Shown here one piece after another: positions 45,732 through 56,960 of a stretch of 64,000 nucleotides of DNA. The stretch comes from Histomonas meleagridis 2922-C6/04-290x. Lineage: Eukaryota > Protista > Parabasalia. The DNA lies in contig JAANOX010000254.1 of the NCBI GenBank assembly GCA_020184695.1, forward strand, positions 114,010 to 178,009, given 5' to 3'. How positions within the stretch are numbered: the first letter of the stretch is position 1; the number at the start of each line of letters is the position of its first letter. A program made the translations under genes and the position numbers. The notes below the pieces were generated by a model. The model made no database searches and had not been told where the DNA came from. It worked only from the letters and a program-made list of their open reading frames with translations.

Positions 45732-48700
45732 TCAGATGAACGCAATGCAATGTCTGCAATTTGGGCCTTTTAAATGATTTGTTTTACACAATTCACAAAT
45801 TGGCTTATTACAGAATTGGCAGATTGATTGAGTTGGGTTTGTACAAACAGCGCAAGAAGTGAAAACTGACGATCTATCAGGGTCCAACATTCCGTCAGTA
45901 TTCCATTGGGACACTACACCTGCTGCGTCCATACTTATTACTTTACCGCTTTTATTTTGTGGGATCACTCTTTTAATTGAACAATTATGATTACTTTCAA
46001 TTTGTTTAAATTCCGGTACTCTTGTTTTCAGTGAGTAATTTACGACGTAAAGGTTACCATTATCCGTACCACAAAACGCAGATAAACTTTCTTCAGATTC
46101 TTTGATTTGTGTAAGCGCCGTCACTTTTTCGCCGATATCAACGAACCCCAACTTTTGACCGTTAATTCCCAAGAAGACGATCATTTCGCCCACCCCAATC
46201 CAAATCAAGCCGGATACCTCGTAGAACGTTAAGTCCGATATTGGGTCATCGAATTCTATAACTCTATGAGTAGTACCAGTAATCATTTCCCATAAAACTA
46301 ATTTCGATAATGAAGCTGTAGCACAAATCCAATCTATACCGGAAATCACCGATTTAGGTTTCGGTCCTACACTAAATTCTGATATAAATTTAGCGCTTGT
46401 TGGAACATTATTTTTAAATATTACTTTAAACGCTTTTGTTAAACCGAATGTGAAATTGATTACGAAAAATATTCCGTTCTTTGATACAGAAACACTTTCA
46501 GCGTAACCATATAAAAAGTTATATTCATAAAACAAAGTTTTATCAGTTACGTCACTTACAAAAGATAATTTTGAATATCTTCGACTTACATTTATAATTA
46601 TTGTCTTATTAAAATCACTTTGCGACAAGTTATTTGGTGATGTACTATGTGCTATTGTATTAACTTGTTGTTGTTGTTGATTATTCGAATTCTTTAAACT
46701 TGTTAAATCTAATGATAAACTTCGTGGTGGTTGAACAGGGAATTTCTCACATGCCCAATTTGATATGTATTCATTATTTTTAGAGTCACAAATCGATGCA
46801 TAAATTTGTGATGGTATATAATAATTATCAAATTCGATTGTCTTTAAGTCTTTAATAAACATTTCAGGTAATACAAGAGAAGTTGCAGGTATATCAGCAG
46901 AATCTTCGATATTTTTCATGATATTATCATCAGAATAATATTTAAATGGTAAAATCCATGAAAAATAATTTGCAGTTTCAATGGAATTAGGAAATGTTTT
47001 AGTGATTACCAATTTATGTAAAACATTAGGGATATATGGATAATTATTTAAATCAACAAAAGAACGTCCTGAAAGTGCATTTAATATATATAAAAATGTG
47101 TCTGTTTTAAGATTATTGGATTTCCATTTTTGATATGCTTCATAATTCGATTTATTAAATGTTAAATAATCATCAAGTGAAAATGATTCCATTGCAATTT
47201 TATTAATTTTAGATGATAATGCAATTAATGTTTTAATTTGTGGCGTGGAATATCTTAATAAGAAATGTCCAGTATTAAATGTCCAAAATGCTAAAGTTTT
47301 TAAGTCATGTTGTTTGATGAATAATATTGATGTTATAGGTATTATTATCATTACATGAGACATAAACATTGATGTTAAACCATAATCATTAATTAATACT
47401 GATTCAAGAAAGATATGTAATGTTTTAGAGTCAATTTCTTTAATGAATTCAATATCTTTCTTAGAATTCAATTTACAAAATGTTAATATAATTATAGCTT
47501 CAGTAAACCAAAATGAAATTGATGGTATTGAATCATTATATCTAAATAAGATACAATTATTTTGTTCTAATAATTGTCCATATTCTTTATTTGATTCTAA
47601 GAATAATGAAATTAAATTCTTTTTAATTAATTTCGGTGTTTTATATTCAAAATATTTATTAAAATCAGAAATTATTTGAGATTCTTCAAAATTTTCTTTA
47701 ATACATGGATAAAATGAAGGAGTTAATACTTTAGGTGGTAAATATGGTGGACATCGTGGTGATAAATGATAAGTTATAGGTTTAAATGTAGAAACTCTTG
47801 AAGCATTTTCTCTTAAATTTGTTAAATAATTCGACCAATAAATTTTCTCAAGATTAATTTGAAATGTTGAATCATAAAATTGTAATATATTATTTAAGAA
47901 AAATGATATTAAATAATGTTTACAATTCGCAATATATTTACGTTTGATAATTTCGACTGCTACTTCAGAATAAATATTTTTGATTTGATTTAAATTATTA
48001 TATTTTTCAAATAAAATTTTAGAATTATTATGTGAATTAGAAATGAAATTATTCCATTCGTTTTTACATATTTCATAATTTTCTTTATCTTCATTTAATT
48101 TTTTCATATGATATAAATTAATTATATTCTTTTGTTGTTTAGTTAAATTATTAATTGAAGAAAATGATTTAAATATTTCATTAATAAATTCTTCATCATT
48201 ATTAAATGCTATAATAAATCCATATATCCAACAATTAATTAATTTTTGTTGGGTTATTAATATAATAAATATATTTAAATTCTTTAAAATTATTAATTTC
48301 AATTTTTCATAATCTTTATTTGAAGTTGTTGAAAATATTACTATTAATATTTGTAATATAATTTGTGAATATTTATTAATACCTTCTTTACCAAAATTAT
48401 TAATAATCTTTTCATATAAATAAAATAAATCTTCAAAGAATTCCGATGAATTAATTGATAAATATCGATCGCCTGCAAATATTAATATTGTTTGCAATAT
48501 TTGCGTTAATGAAAACCTTTGATTTTCAAATGGAAATTTAATTTTATGTATTAATTGATGTATAAAATCATATAAAAGAATATTTGGATTTAATTGATCG
48601 AAAAATGGTTTTGATAAAAATAATGTTTGTGTTATATTAATATATTGATTTGGATTAATATTTAATATAATATCTATAAAGAATTGGAATAAAGTTGAAT

Positions 48701-51700
48701 TTAAAAACCATTTTTTAACATTATTCCATTCAAATATTTCATTATTTTCATATTTACCTATTAATATCGTAACGAAATTTTGTAAAAATGTTTTTATGTT
48801 TGAATTAATATTAACTTCAGGAAAAGTAATGTTTTTACTTAATAGTATAAAATCATTCCAAATTGGATCTGAATATTCACTAATATTTGAAGGTATTAAT
48901 GTGATTAAAGTTTGATAATTATTTTCAAGTATAAATTCTTCATCAAATAATACTCGATGATTTAATATTAATGGGAAATAAGTTAATATTATATTTAAAC
49001 AATTATTATCATTACAAATTCCATTTATATAACTTGTACAATATTTAATTCCTTTATTAATTAATTCTTCTTCTTGATTTAAATTCGGTATATCTTTCGA
49101 TTTCATTATAGAATAAATGATTTTTAATGATAAACTCCATATTAATTGTAATAATAATGGCATTAATGCAGGCCTTCTAATTCCTTCGATATTACAATTA
49201 GAATCTCCTGATATAATAAACATTACATCATGCCAAATAGATTCATAATTTGATAATGTTGCAATTTTAATTTGTATTGAAGAATCACATTCAATAAAAT
49301 CAGGTATAAATGAAGCTAAAGTTACAATTAAATGAAATATTTTTGCTGAAAATTTATTTGTAGATGTAATAAATATATATCTTAAATCATTAAATCGTAT
49401 AATAGATTTGAAATATTCAATAGTATTTCGATTAATTAATTTAGTAATTACTTCTGTTAATGTATATTGTATAGGATAATCAATTCGATTTTCAAATGAT
49501 TTCCATTCAATTGCATTACCAACTTTTAAAAATGATATTAAAAGTTTTCCTATTCGTGGAAGTTTTGATGAATTAATAAATAATAATTTAGCAATTTCTA
49601 ATGAATTTGGATTTTTCTCCATAACTTTAATGAAAAATAAATCAGAATCAGGATAATTCTTCCAATTAATAGTTGGGAAACAATCAAATAAAATAGTTAA
49701 TAAGATTTCATTATTAATATTTTCCCAAAGTTTTTTATCATAAAGTATTGAAGAAAATATTTCTTTTGAATTATTATTAGTTATCATTGAGAACAAAAAA
49801 TATTTAAATAATTCAATGTCAGGAAACAATTTTCCATGTTCAATCGAATTTAAAACTTGTTTCCAAAGTTTTTTATTATAATTCCTTGTAATTGAGTTAA
49901 TATTACAAATCGCTTTTAATATCGATTTATAAATTTCATAATCATTTGTAATTATTAATTCATTTAACATCTTCCTTGTATAATGTGTAGAAAGATTATG
50001 AATAGCAAATCCTAAATATGGCACAGAAAAACAATTTAATGGCATCGTCAAATTATTAAGCATAAAAGGTGTAATTAAAAGACTTTCTTCAAATTCTTTC
50101 GATGGTTCGATATAACCTGGTCCTAAACTATATATTACTGAAAAATCTTTTATTGATTTTTCTGAAAATCGAATTGCTGAACCTAAAAATAATAAAGAAC
50201 CAAAATTCGAATTAGAGAAATATGCATTATTAAATTCTTGAATTTTATTTTTAACATTAATTATAAATATAAGTGAATTATTAATAAATATTTTTATGTT
50301 TTGTGATATTAAATTAGTTTCTAATTTAATAAAGATATGATTCCAATCAATTACATTAATTTCATGCATATAAGTTTGACCTTCGAAATTTAAAGTTAAT
50401 GAATTACCACTTAATATCATAAATATATTATCCGAATGAAAGAATTGTAATTCGGTTTCTAATTCTTCTGATAATTTAAACCAAAATGATAATGATTGAT
50501 ATTTAGTTTTGATTATCATTTCATCATTACCTGGGAAAAATTGGAATAATGAAAATTGATCATAATTTTGATCACAAAATTTTTCAAATAAAATCGGATA
50601 TTTAAATACTCGTTCAACATCTATTGATCGCATATAACGATTAGCTACGAGAATTAAAAATGGAACTTTTGATAAATCTTCATATCTTGTTAATTCATAT
50701 TTCCCTAATATATATAAATTATAAGGATCTAATTCATCAGGAGGATCAATTAAATGGAATAATCTATGAATTCGAATAGGTTTATATCTTTCATCTCGAT
50801 TACCATATACCATTTTCTTAATTAATTCTTTATCGACATGAAATAATGGATATGAATCATCAACGTTTTTAAAATGTAATAAAATATTTAATGGTACACA
50901 AGTCTTTAAATAATTTAATGACGCAAAAATTAACGCTGCATTTTCTGGTGTTATTAATTTAGAGTCAAGATATTTAATAATGTTTTCGACACCTGAAGCT
51001 TTAACAAATGAATCAACTAATTCAACAGAATTAGGTAATGAATATATTAATACATTTAAAATTTCATAATTTTTGGATGATAAAACTTCTTCAAATAATA
51101 TTTCGATTGATGTTATCGATGAAGCTATAACTAACATTGCTGAACATATCGTAAAAAAGTTATCATGATCATTAAATAAGTCATACATTTGTATGACTGT
51201 CATAAATGATGGATCTCTCATTGGTTTTCCTTTTTCATGTGATAATACATCTAATGTTAATTGCATAAACATTGGTGATCTTTCGAAAAATTTAATTAAT
51301 GTATTTTTTGGTGGACTAATCAAAAAAACATCTAAAAAATTATGTGATATTAAAAACGATAATGAAATAAGTCGTTTTGAAAATAAGTTTTCCATTAATA
51401 TTAAACAATCAATATAACAATTATCAGGTGGAATTGTTGTTTTGAGTAAATAAAAATAATTAGGTAATATTTGTGGTAATTGTTCAGGAAAATGTCGATT
51501 TACGATTTTCATCATTTCTAACGCATTCTCGATTTTGATTGTTTTGGATTCAAACCATTTATTGATTGGTATAATTTCATTTAATCGGTCAATGATTTTT
51601 TCATTGACTTTTATTATTTGTAATAATTTATTAAAAAATTCACTTTGGATTTTGGTGTCTTGTACATATACATTATAATATTTAGTCAAAAAAAATGTAT

Positions 51701-52535
51701 TTGGTGGTGGTGACTTATCATCGTTTCCACATAATATTAATTGAATAAAGATTTCAACTTTGTCTTTGGCTTCGAAATCTGATGTAACTAAAAGAAGTGA
51801 ATCAAAACCTCCTAATGTATTAAATAATTGGGTCAATCCTTTATTAGTTTTGGATAAAATACAAAATAATGATGATATAATAAAAGCTAAAATTTTTTTG
51901 ACTTCTTCATCTTTAGGTAAATTGATTTTGACATGATTAAAAACAGTGGTTAAATATTGCTTAAAATTGAAGGTGGTGAAAAAAGACCTATGCATTGTGT
52001 TGAAAAAAAGCATATAAATGAATTGTGCTGTTGACGGAGATGGAAATTCAAATATGTATTTTTCGGTTAATGTGTCAAGTAAACATTGTTTGGCTGCTTC
52101 TTTTGCTGTGGATTCGAGTTGGAACCCATTATGGAAAAAATTGGTATATTCTGACGTTAAATCAAGTGTTGAATTATTAAAAAAAGCTAAAAGTAAAGAT
52201 GAATATGAAATCGGAATACTCCCTGAGCTGATTTCACTTAGCTTTTTTAGCAGTTGCATTGACTTAGAAAACAAAGAAAAATTTTGATTTAGTTTTATAA
52301 GCACATTTGCTACTTCTTGTGAAAGCTTGAGTGTTGCCAACGTAATTGAGTCACAATCAGTGTTGTTGGCCATAGAGCTATATGCATCAATAAATTTTTC
52401 AAATTTGAGTAATTTGGCTTCACTATTCTTTTCATTTTGAAATGAAGCAAAATTTTCATATGTTTGCATGAATAATGGATTATTGGTGCATGTTTCGATA
52501 GTAGTTTCGTCACTTTGTTGAATATAGCTCTTCAT
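45732..52535 (-). CDS. Beige/BEACH protein with C-terminal WD40 and Cys-rich zinc finger
   Basis: ConA-like SLSFWFK, degenerate BEACH FLYILNALSGRSFVDLNNYPYIP, WD repeats, and terminal CAVC..CQFC..CELC..H..CRHC. Confidence 0.85.
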   Translation of the reverse strand: MKSYIQQSDETTIETCTNNPLFMQTYENFASFQNEKNSEAKLLKFEKFIDAYSSMANNTDCDSITLATLKLSQEVANVLIKLNQNFSLFSKSMQLLKKLSEISSGSIPISYSSLLLAFFNNSTLDLTSEYTNFFHNGFQLESTAKEAAKQCLLDTLTEKYIFEFPSPSTAQFIYMLFFNTMHRSFFTTFNFKQYLTTVFNHVKINLPKDEEVKKILAFIISSLFCILSKTNKGLTQLFNTLGGFDSLLLVTSDFEAKDKVEIFIQLILCGNDDKSPPPNTFFLTKYYNVYVQDTKIQSEFFNKLLQIIKVNEKIIDRLNEIIPINKWFESKTIKIENALEMMKIVNRHFPEQLPQILPNYFYLLKTTIPPDNCYIDCLILMENLFSKRLISLSFLISHNFLDVFLISPPKNTLIKFFERSPMFMQLTLDVLSHEKGKPMRDPSFMTVIQMYDLFNDHDNFFTICSAMLVIASSITSIEILFEEVLSSKNYEILNVLIYSLPNSVELVDSFVKASGVENIIKYLDSKLITPENAALIFASLNYLKTCVPLNILLHFKNVDDSYPLFHVDKELIKKMVYGNRDERYKPIRIHRLFHLIDPPDELDPYNLYILGKYELTRYEDLSKVPFLILVANRYMRSIDVERVFKYPILFEKFCDQNYDQFSLFQFFPGNDEMIIKTKYQSLSFWFKLSEELETELQFFHSDNIFMILSGNSLTLNFEGQTYMHEINVIDWNHIFIKLETNLISQNIKIFINNSLIFIINVKNKIQEFNNAYFSNSNFGSLLFLGSAIRFSEKSIKDFSVIYSLGPGYIEPSKEFEESLLITPFMLNNLTMPLNCFSVPYLGFAIHNLSTHYTRKMLNELIITNDYEIYKSILKAICNINSITRNYNKKLWKQVLNSIEHGKLFPDIELFKYFLFSMITNNNSKEIFSSILYDKKLWENINNEILLTILFDCFPTINWKNYPDSDLFFIKVMEKNPNSLEIAKLLFINSSKLPRIGKLLISFLKVGNAIEWKSFENRIDYPIQYTLTEVITKLINRNTIEYFKSIIRFNDLRYIFITSTNKFSAKIFHLIVTLASFIPDFIECDSSIQIKIATLSNYESIWHDVMFIISGDSNCNIEGIRRPALMPLLLQLIWSLSLKIIYSIMKSKDIPNLNQEEELINKGIKYCTSYINGICNDNNCLNIILTYFPLILNHRVLFDEEFILENNYQTLITLIPSNISEYSDPIWNDFILLSKNITFPEVNINSNIKTFLQNFVTILIGKYENNEIFEWNNVKKWFLNSTLFQFFIDIILNINPNQYINITQTLFLSKPFFDQLNPNILLYDFIHQLIHKIKFPFENQRFSLTQILQTILIFAGDRYLSINSSEFFEDLFYLYEKIINNFGKEGINKYSQIILQILIVIFSTTSNKDYEKLKLIILKNLNIFIILITQQKLINCWIYGFIIAFNNDEEFINEIFKSFSSINNLTKQQKNIINLYHMKKLNEDKENYEICKNEWNNFISNSHNNSKILFEKYNNLNQIKNIYSEVAVEIIKRKYIANCKHYLISFFLNNILQFYDSTFQINLEKIYWSNYLTNLRENASRVSTFKPITYHLSPRCPPYLPPKVLTPSFYPCIKENFEESQIISDFNKYFEYKTPKLIKKNLISLFLESNKEYGQLLEQNNCILFRYNDSIPSISFWFTEAIIILTFCKLNSKKDIEFIKEIDSKTLHIFLESVLINDYGLTSMFMSHVMIIIPITSILFIKQHDLKTLAFWTFNTGHFLLRYSTPQIKTLIALSSKINKIAMESFSLDDYLTFNKSNYEAYQKWKSNNLKTDTFLYILNALSGRSFVDLNNYPYIPNVLHKLVITKTFPNSIETANYFSWILPFKYYSDDNIMKNIEDSADIPATSLVLPEMFIKDLKTIEFDNYYIPSQIYASICDSKNNEYISNWACEKFPVQPPRSLSLDLTSLKNSNNQQQQQVNTIAHSTSPNNLSQSDFNKTIIINVSRRYSKLSFVSDVTDKTLFYEYNFLYGYAESVSVSKNGIFFVINFTFGLTKAFKVIFKNNVPTSAKFISEFSVGPKPKSVISGIDWICATASLSKLVLWEMITGTTHRVIEFDDPISDLTFYEVSGLIWIGVGEMIVFLGINGQKLGFVDIGEKVTALTQIKESEESLSAFCGTDNGNLYVVNYSLKTRVPEFKQIESNHNCSIKRVIPQNKSGKVISMDAAGVVSQWNTDGMLDPDRSSVFTSCAVCTNPTQSICQFCNKPICELCKTNHLKGPNCRHCIAFI

Positions 52536-53021
52536 GCTTTTTTTTGGGTTGAACTGAAGATTTTATCGTTTTCGATTGTTCAAAAGCAGCTGATTGAGCG
52601 GTTTAAAATTGAATTCGTCAGAAAAATTCAATCAAACGATGTGTCAATTCAGAACAATGAGATAGCTAATTAAATCCATTTTTTGTAGATCATTCAATTG
52701 ACTTTACAACAACACAATTTGACACATTCCATTCGCCAGGCTAAAAAACCAAAATATCTTGGTAAATATCATAATTTGTTATTAAAAATTTCACATATAA
52801 CACAACCAATTTGGCATATTTGATAAAATATTATAAACATGAAAATAGCGTTAACAAAATGGTTGAATCACATTTAAAAACATGTTTCACTAATTAACAT
52901 AATTTGATGCTTCGATATAACAAAACGCAATTCCAAACATGCTCTATACTGTGAGACATATCCCCACAGTAAGTTTTTTTGAAATGTGATGTAAAAAAAT
53001 CATGTGTACGTTATCCAAAAC

Positions 53022-53405
53022 ATGCAAACTCAAATAGAGCCAAGTGCAATCTCAGAAGAATGCAATGTATCTATAGTATTCCAAAGGGAAATTTTAAACC
53101 GTCCTGACAGTGAACAACCAATGAACAAAGTTTATTTATACCAAGTAAATTATAATGATAATGATAAATTTAAGGTTGTAATTCCTGAAGATCCGAAAGA
53201 AGATACATTCAATCCAAATAAGACTCCAAGTTGGTGTAAAAAACAAATTCGTCATGATAAAGTTATTTGGCGTCAGCTTCATTCAACGGTAAAAAAATAT
53301 CCAAAATATGCACCTGAATATTTTTCTCCTCTTCCTGAAGTTGAAAAGCCACAACTTAAAAATACATCAAATTATTTTACAGAAACACAAAATCCAAATT
53401 CATAA
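53022..53405 (+). CDS. Hypothetical protein (~127 aa)
   Basis: Open frame with coding-like composition. First ATG is at 53022. No recognised family. Confidence 0.55.
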   Translation: MQTQIEPSAISEECNVSIVFQREILNRPDSEQPMNKVYLYQVNYNDNDKFKVVIPEDPKEDTFNPNKTPSWCKKQIRHDKVIWRQLHSTVKKYPKYAPEYFSPLPEVEKPQLKNTSNYFTETQNPNS

Positions 53406-53473
53406 TGTGCGTTTGTTCATATCATTAAATTCAATCAGTGTTTTGTTTTTGAATAAAGTAAAAGCTTTTAATC

Positions 53474-54970
53474 TTATTCCTTTAAAACATCGAACACAGG
53501 CACAAGCGCCGGGTATATTGATCTAAATTTCTTGTATCTTTCTTCGTATTTCTCTACAATATCTTTTTGAGGTTCTATAACATCCACTACTTTTATTATC
53601 TTGTCGGCCATTTCTTCAACATTTCTATATTCGCCACAAGCCACAGCAGCCAACATTGCCGCACCTAAAGCCGGACCTTCTTCAGATTCAATTGTCTCTA
53701 CATTCATATTCATTACATTTGCAATTATTTTCCTCCATAAAATGCTTTTCGCTCCACCGCCGCATATTCTGGTCTTTTTAACATCAATTCCTAAACTCTT
53801 TGCTACTTCTAATGAGTCCCTAAGTGCGAATGCAACTCCTTCCAAAACAGCAAGTGACATATCTTCGCGTGTTGAATCCATTGTCATTCCTACGAATGCT
53901 CCTCTTGCATTTGGGTTATTATGAGGAGAACGTTCACCCATTAAATAAGGCAGAAAATATATATTGTTCTCTCCCAAATGTTCTAAATCGATATTTGATT
54001 GTTCCTTAGCATATTCATTAGTCCCTAAAATATTGTTCATCCACCATTTGTTACATGAAGCGGCACTAAGCATACATCCCATAAGATGATATGTTCCATC
54101 TGCATGTGCAAATGCATGTAACGCATTGTTACTATCAACACAAAACTTCTTTGAAGAGATAAAAATAGTTCCGCTTGTGCCTAATGATATATTACATTTC
54201 CCATCACCAACTGTACCCGTTCCTACTGCTGCAGATGCATTATCTCCAGCACCAGCAGCAACTTTTACATCATTCCGAATTCCGAATTCATTAGATATTT
54301 CTGGTTTGACATATCCAATAAAGTCTGAACTTTCGTATACTTTTCCAAGTTGTTCTGGACGAATGTAGCAAATTTTACACATCTCATTTGACCAGCATCG
54401 ATGAGCAACATCGAAAAATAATGTTCCTGAAGCATCTGATACATCTGCACTGTGAACTCCTGTGATTTTATATGCAATATAATCTTTTGGAAGCATAATC
54501 TTGAAAATGCGTGAAAAATTATCTGGCTCATTTTTCTTTAGCCAAAGTAACTTTGGTGCTGTGAAACCTGCAAAGGCAACATTAGCTGTGTATTCTGAGA
54601 GCTTTGATTTTCCAATGGCATTATTGAGATAATCACATTCGACCGCAGTTCGATTGTCATTCCAAAGAATTGCTGGGCGAATGACATTGTCATTTGAATC
54701 TAAGATAACAAGACCATGCATTTGACCACTTATACAGATACCTGAAATTTTTGATTTATCGAAATTTTCTATAAGTTCCTTTAATCCTGTGATAGTAGCA
54801 CAATACCAATCATCTGGATTTTGTTCCGACCATCCAGGATGAGGAAAGAAGATCGGATATTCTTTTGAAATAACATTTTTAATTTGGCCTTTTGAGTTCA
54901 TAAGAAGAAGTTTCACTGCTGAAGTACCTAAGTCGACGCCAATATAGAGATTAGAAGAATCAGATTGCAT
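53474..54970 (-). CDS. xylB: Xylulokinase (FGGY carbohydrate kinase), bacterial type
   Basis: YIGVDLGTSAVK, WSEQNP, SGQMHGLV, RPAILWND, AGAGDN, SLGTSG, PYLMGERSP, AVLEGVAF and GGGAKS. TCATT lies immediately before ATG 54970; an alternative ATG is at 55015. Confidence 0.93.
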   Translation of the reverse strand: MQSDSSNLYIGVDLGTSAVKLLLMNSKGQIKNVISKEYPIFFPHPGWSEQNPDDWYCATITGLKELIENFDKSKISGICISGQMHGLVILDSNDNVIRPAILWNDNRTAVECDYLNNAIGKSKLSEYTANVAFAGFTAPKLLWLKKNEPDNFSRIFKIMLPKDYIAYKITGVHSADVSDASGTLFFDVAHRCWSNEMCKICYIRPEQLGKVYESSDFIGYVKPEISNEFGIRNDVKVAAGAGDNASAAVGTGTVGDGKCNISLGTSGTIFISSKKFCVDSNNALHAFAHADGTYHLMGCMLSAASCNKWWMNNILGTNEYAKEQSNIDLEHLGENNIYFLPYLMGERSPHNNPNARGAFVGMTMDSTREDMSLAVLEGVAFALRDSLEVAKSLGIDVKKTRICGGGAKSILWRKIIANVMNMNVETIESEEGPALGAAMLAAVACGEYRNVEEMADKIIKVVDVIEPQKDIVEKYEERYKKFRSIYPALVPVFDVLKE

Positions 54971-55138
54971 TAATGAAGCAAATTGCGAGCAAACAGAATA
55001 TTTTCTATTAATCATACAAAAAGTTTAGAATTTAAGTATATCGTCATGACGATAGTGATGGTTGTAAAATCCTCAGAAAAAATTGAATTGAAAACGATCA
55101 AAGGAATATGAAGCGCCACTTTTTATCGGTCGCCCAAA

Positions 55139-56194
55139 ATGGAAAGAAAAATCCAACCAGAAGAGATCAGAGCAGCATTAATATCACAATCAGGCGATAT
55201 TTACAATATGGGTGATGTAATTCGATTTCTTTGCCAAAAAAATTTATACAAACATGTTGGCGCAAGATTTTTATGTTGGATGATTATGATCAACAAATTA
55301 CCGCCAAATAGATCATTTTGGGTATCCAAACTCTATGAAATGTATCAAAACTACATTGAAATTCGGGAAAAGAATTTAAATGATTTATCAATATCACCAT
55401 TATATCTTATTCCAGCAGATGCCAGAAGAGTTATTAGTGGCGATTTGAGGCGAACATATGTTTGGTTTTGCAAACTTGCCGAACAAGTAGGGATCCAAGA
55501 ATATTATTTAAATGGCGCACAAATTCGAGCGGAACGAATTTTGACATTTATATATCTTGAGAACCCCAATTATTCATATACACAAGGGAATGATCGCTTT
55601 GTTTGGGTATCATTTCTTGTATGTTTATTTTTTGCTTCACACGGCGGGTTAAACTGTTCATTTGCTGAAGCGTTATCGTTTTATTTAGCGGAGTTTTTTA
55701 TTATGCACAACAAAGTTGCCAAAAATTTACAAAATCTTCCATATCTCCAGCATCGATTTTCCAAAATGGATTCACTACTATCCATTGAAGAACCCGAAGT
55801 CTTCCAATATTTAAACCAAAGCCAACACTTTGCGCTCCAGTATGGTATGAAATGGGAATTGACATTTTTTTCAGACGAACATAATGCGCATGAGCTGATG
55901 CTAATTTGGGATAACATCTTAGCGCGATTTGATCACTACGGCAAGTTTTTGCAGTGTTTAGCGGTGGCGCATATTAAGCAGGTGCCAATTCCAAGTCATC
56001 CGGACGAAATGGCGATGACGATTCAACAGTATAAGAATTGGAACGTGTCCAAAATCATTAGCGATGCAATAGAAATGATGGACTATGAAGAAGATAATTC
56101 TCAGCAATATTGTAAGTGTTATGGCCGTTGTATTAACTTTATGGGTCATTTGTTCGGTTGCTATAAGAAAAGGAATTCAAGTTTACAATGGTAA
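55139..56194 (+). CDS. Rab-GAP TBC domain protein
   Basis: R-finger ISGDLRRT, Q-finger YTQG, and KWELTFFS..LMLIWD. Confidence 0.8.
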   Translation: MERKIQPEEIRAALISQSGDIYNMGDVIRFLCQKNLYKHVGARFLCWMIMINKLPPNRSFWVSKLYEMYQNYIEIREKNLNDLSISPLYLIPADARRVISGDLRRTYVWFCKLAEQVGIQEYYLNGAQIRAERILTFIYLENPNYSYTQGNDRFVWVSFLVCLFFASHGGLNCSFAEALSFYLAEFFIMHNKVAKNLQNLPYLQHRFSKMDSLLSIEEPEVFQYLNQSQHFALQYGMKWELTFFSDEHNAHELMLIWDNILARFDHYGKFLQCLAVAHIKQVPIPSHPDEMAMTIQQYKNWNVSKIISDAIEMMDYEEDNSQQYCKCYGRCINFMGHLFGCYKKRNSSLQW

Positions 56195-56286
56195 CCCGAA
56201 ATTGATGTGTTTTGTTTTATATATAATAAATTCTATCCTATCCAATGATTCTTCTTGTTTTATGATATTTTTTGAACTAAATTTAA

Positions 56287-56960
56287 TTGATAAAAATATT
56301 ACAAAAGACATCAAACCTAAATATTTTCAACATTATAAAACTAAGGAAGAAAATCAAAAAAGAAATGCGGGTGGCCTATTTGAAAGAACTTTTTTTCAAA
56401 GAACTTTCAAAGAATGATTGGAAACTTCATAAACAATTAATTGAAGAAGGCCATAATCCAAATGAATTAAAAAACGTAATTCGAAATGATGAAAACGAAA
56501 AACTTCAAGAAATATCATCACAAGAAAAATTTGATTTTGATCAAAAAATTGTACCTTCACTTTATGAAAGATGTTCTTATATTAATAAAGAAAATGTCTC
56601 GTTAATTGATTATGCAGTATTTTTTGGATCAGTTAAATGTTTTAAATATTAACTTATGAAAATAAGATTTATGGATAAAAAATATTCACATGATACATTC
56701 TTAGCTGATTTAGGGTATTTTTGTATTAATAATTTTTGTAATTTATTTAAACTACTTAAAACTACTCTTATTACAGCAATTGAAAATCGTAACACAGAAA
56801 TCGCTAAATTACTTCATGGAACAATAGGAATTGATGTTAATGTTAAAGATATTAATCTGTTTTATTTAATTACTTTTTTTACTTAATTAATGGATTTCAA
56901 AGCAATATTTAGAATTTTTTTAAAATATTTAATACAGCACTTGAAAAAGACAAAATTAAA
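56287..56960 (+). pseudogene. DUF3447/ankyrin-repeat pseudogene
   Basis: SLIDYAVFFGSVKCFKY followed by an in-frame TAA (56650-56652). The same frame continues to LITAIENRNTEIAKLL..IDVNVKD, then truncates. Confidence 0.7.

Noticed and set aside
8044-52513. Many 60-150 aa ORFs nested in or antisense to large genes
   Set aside because: They overlap confidently identified CDSs and lack independent motifs.
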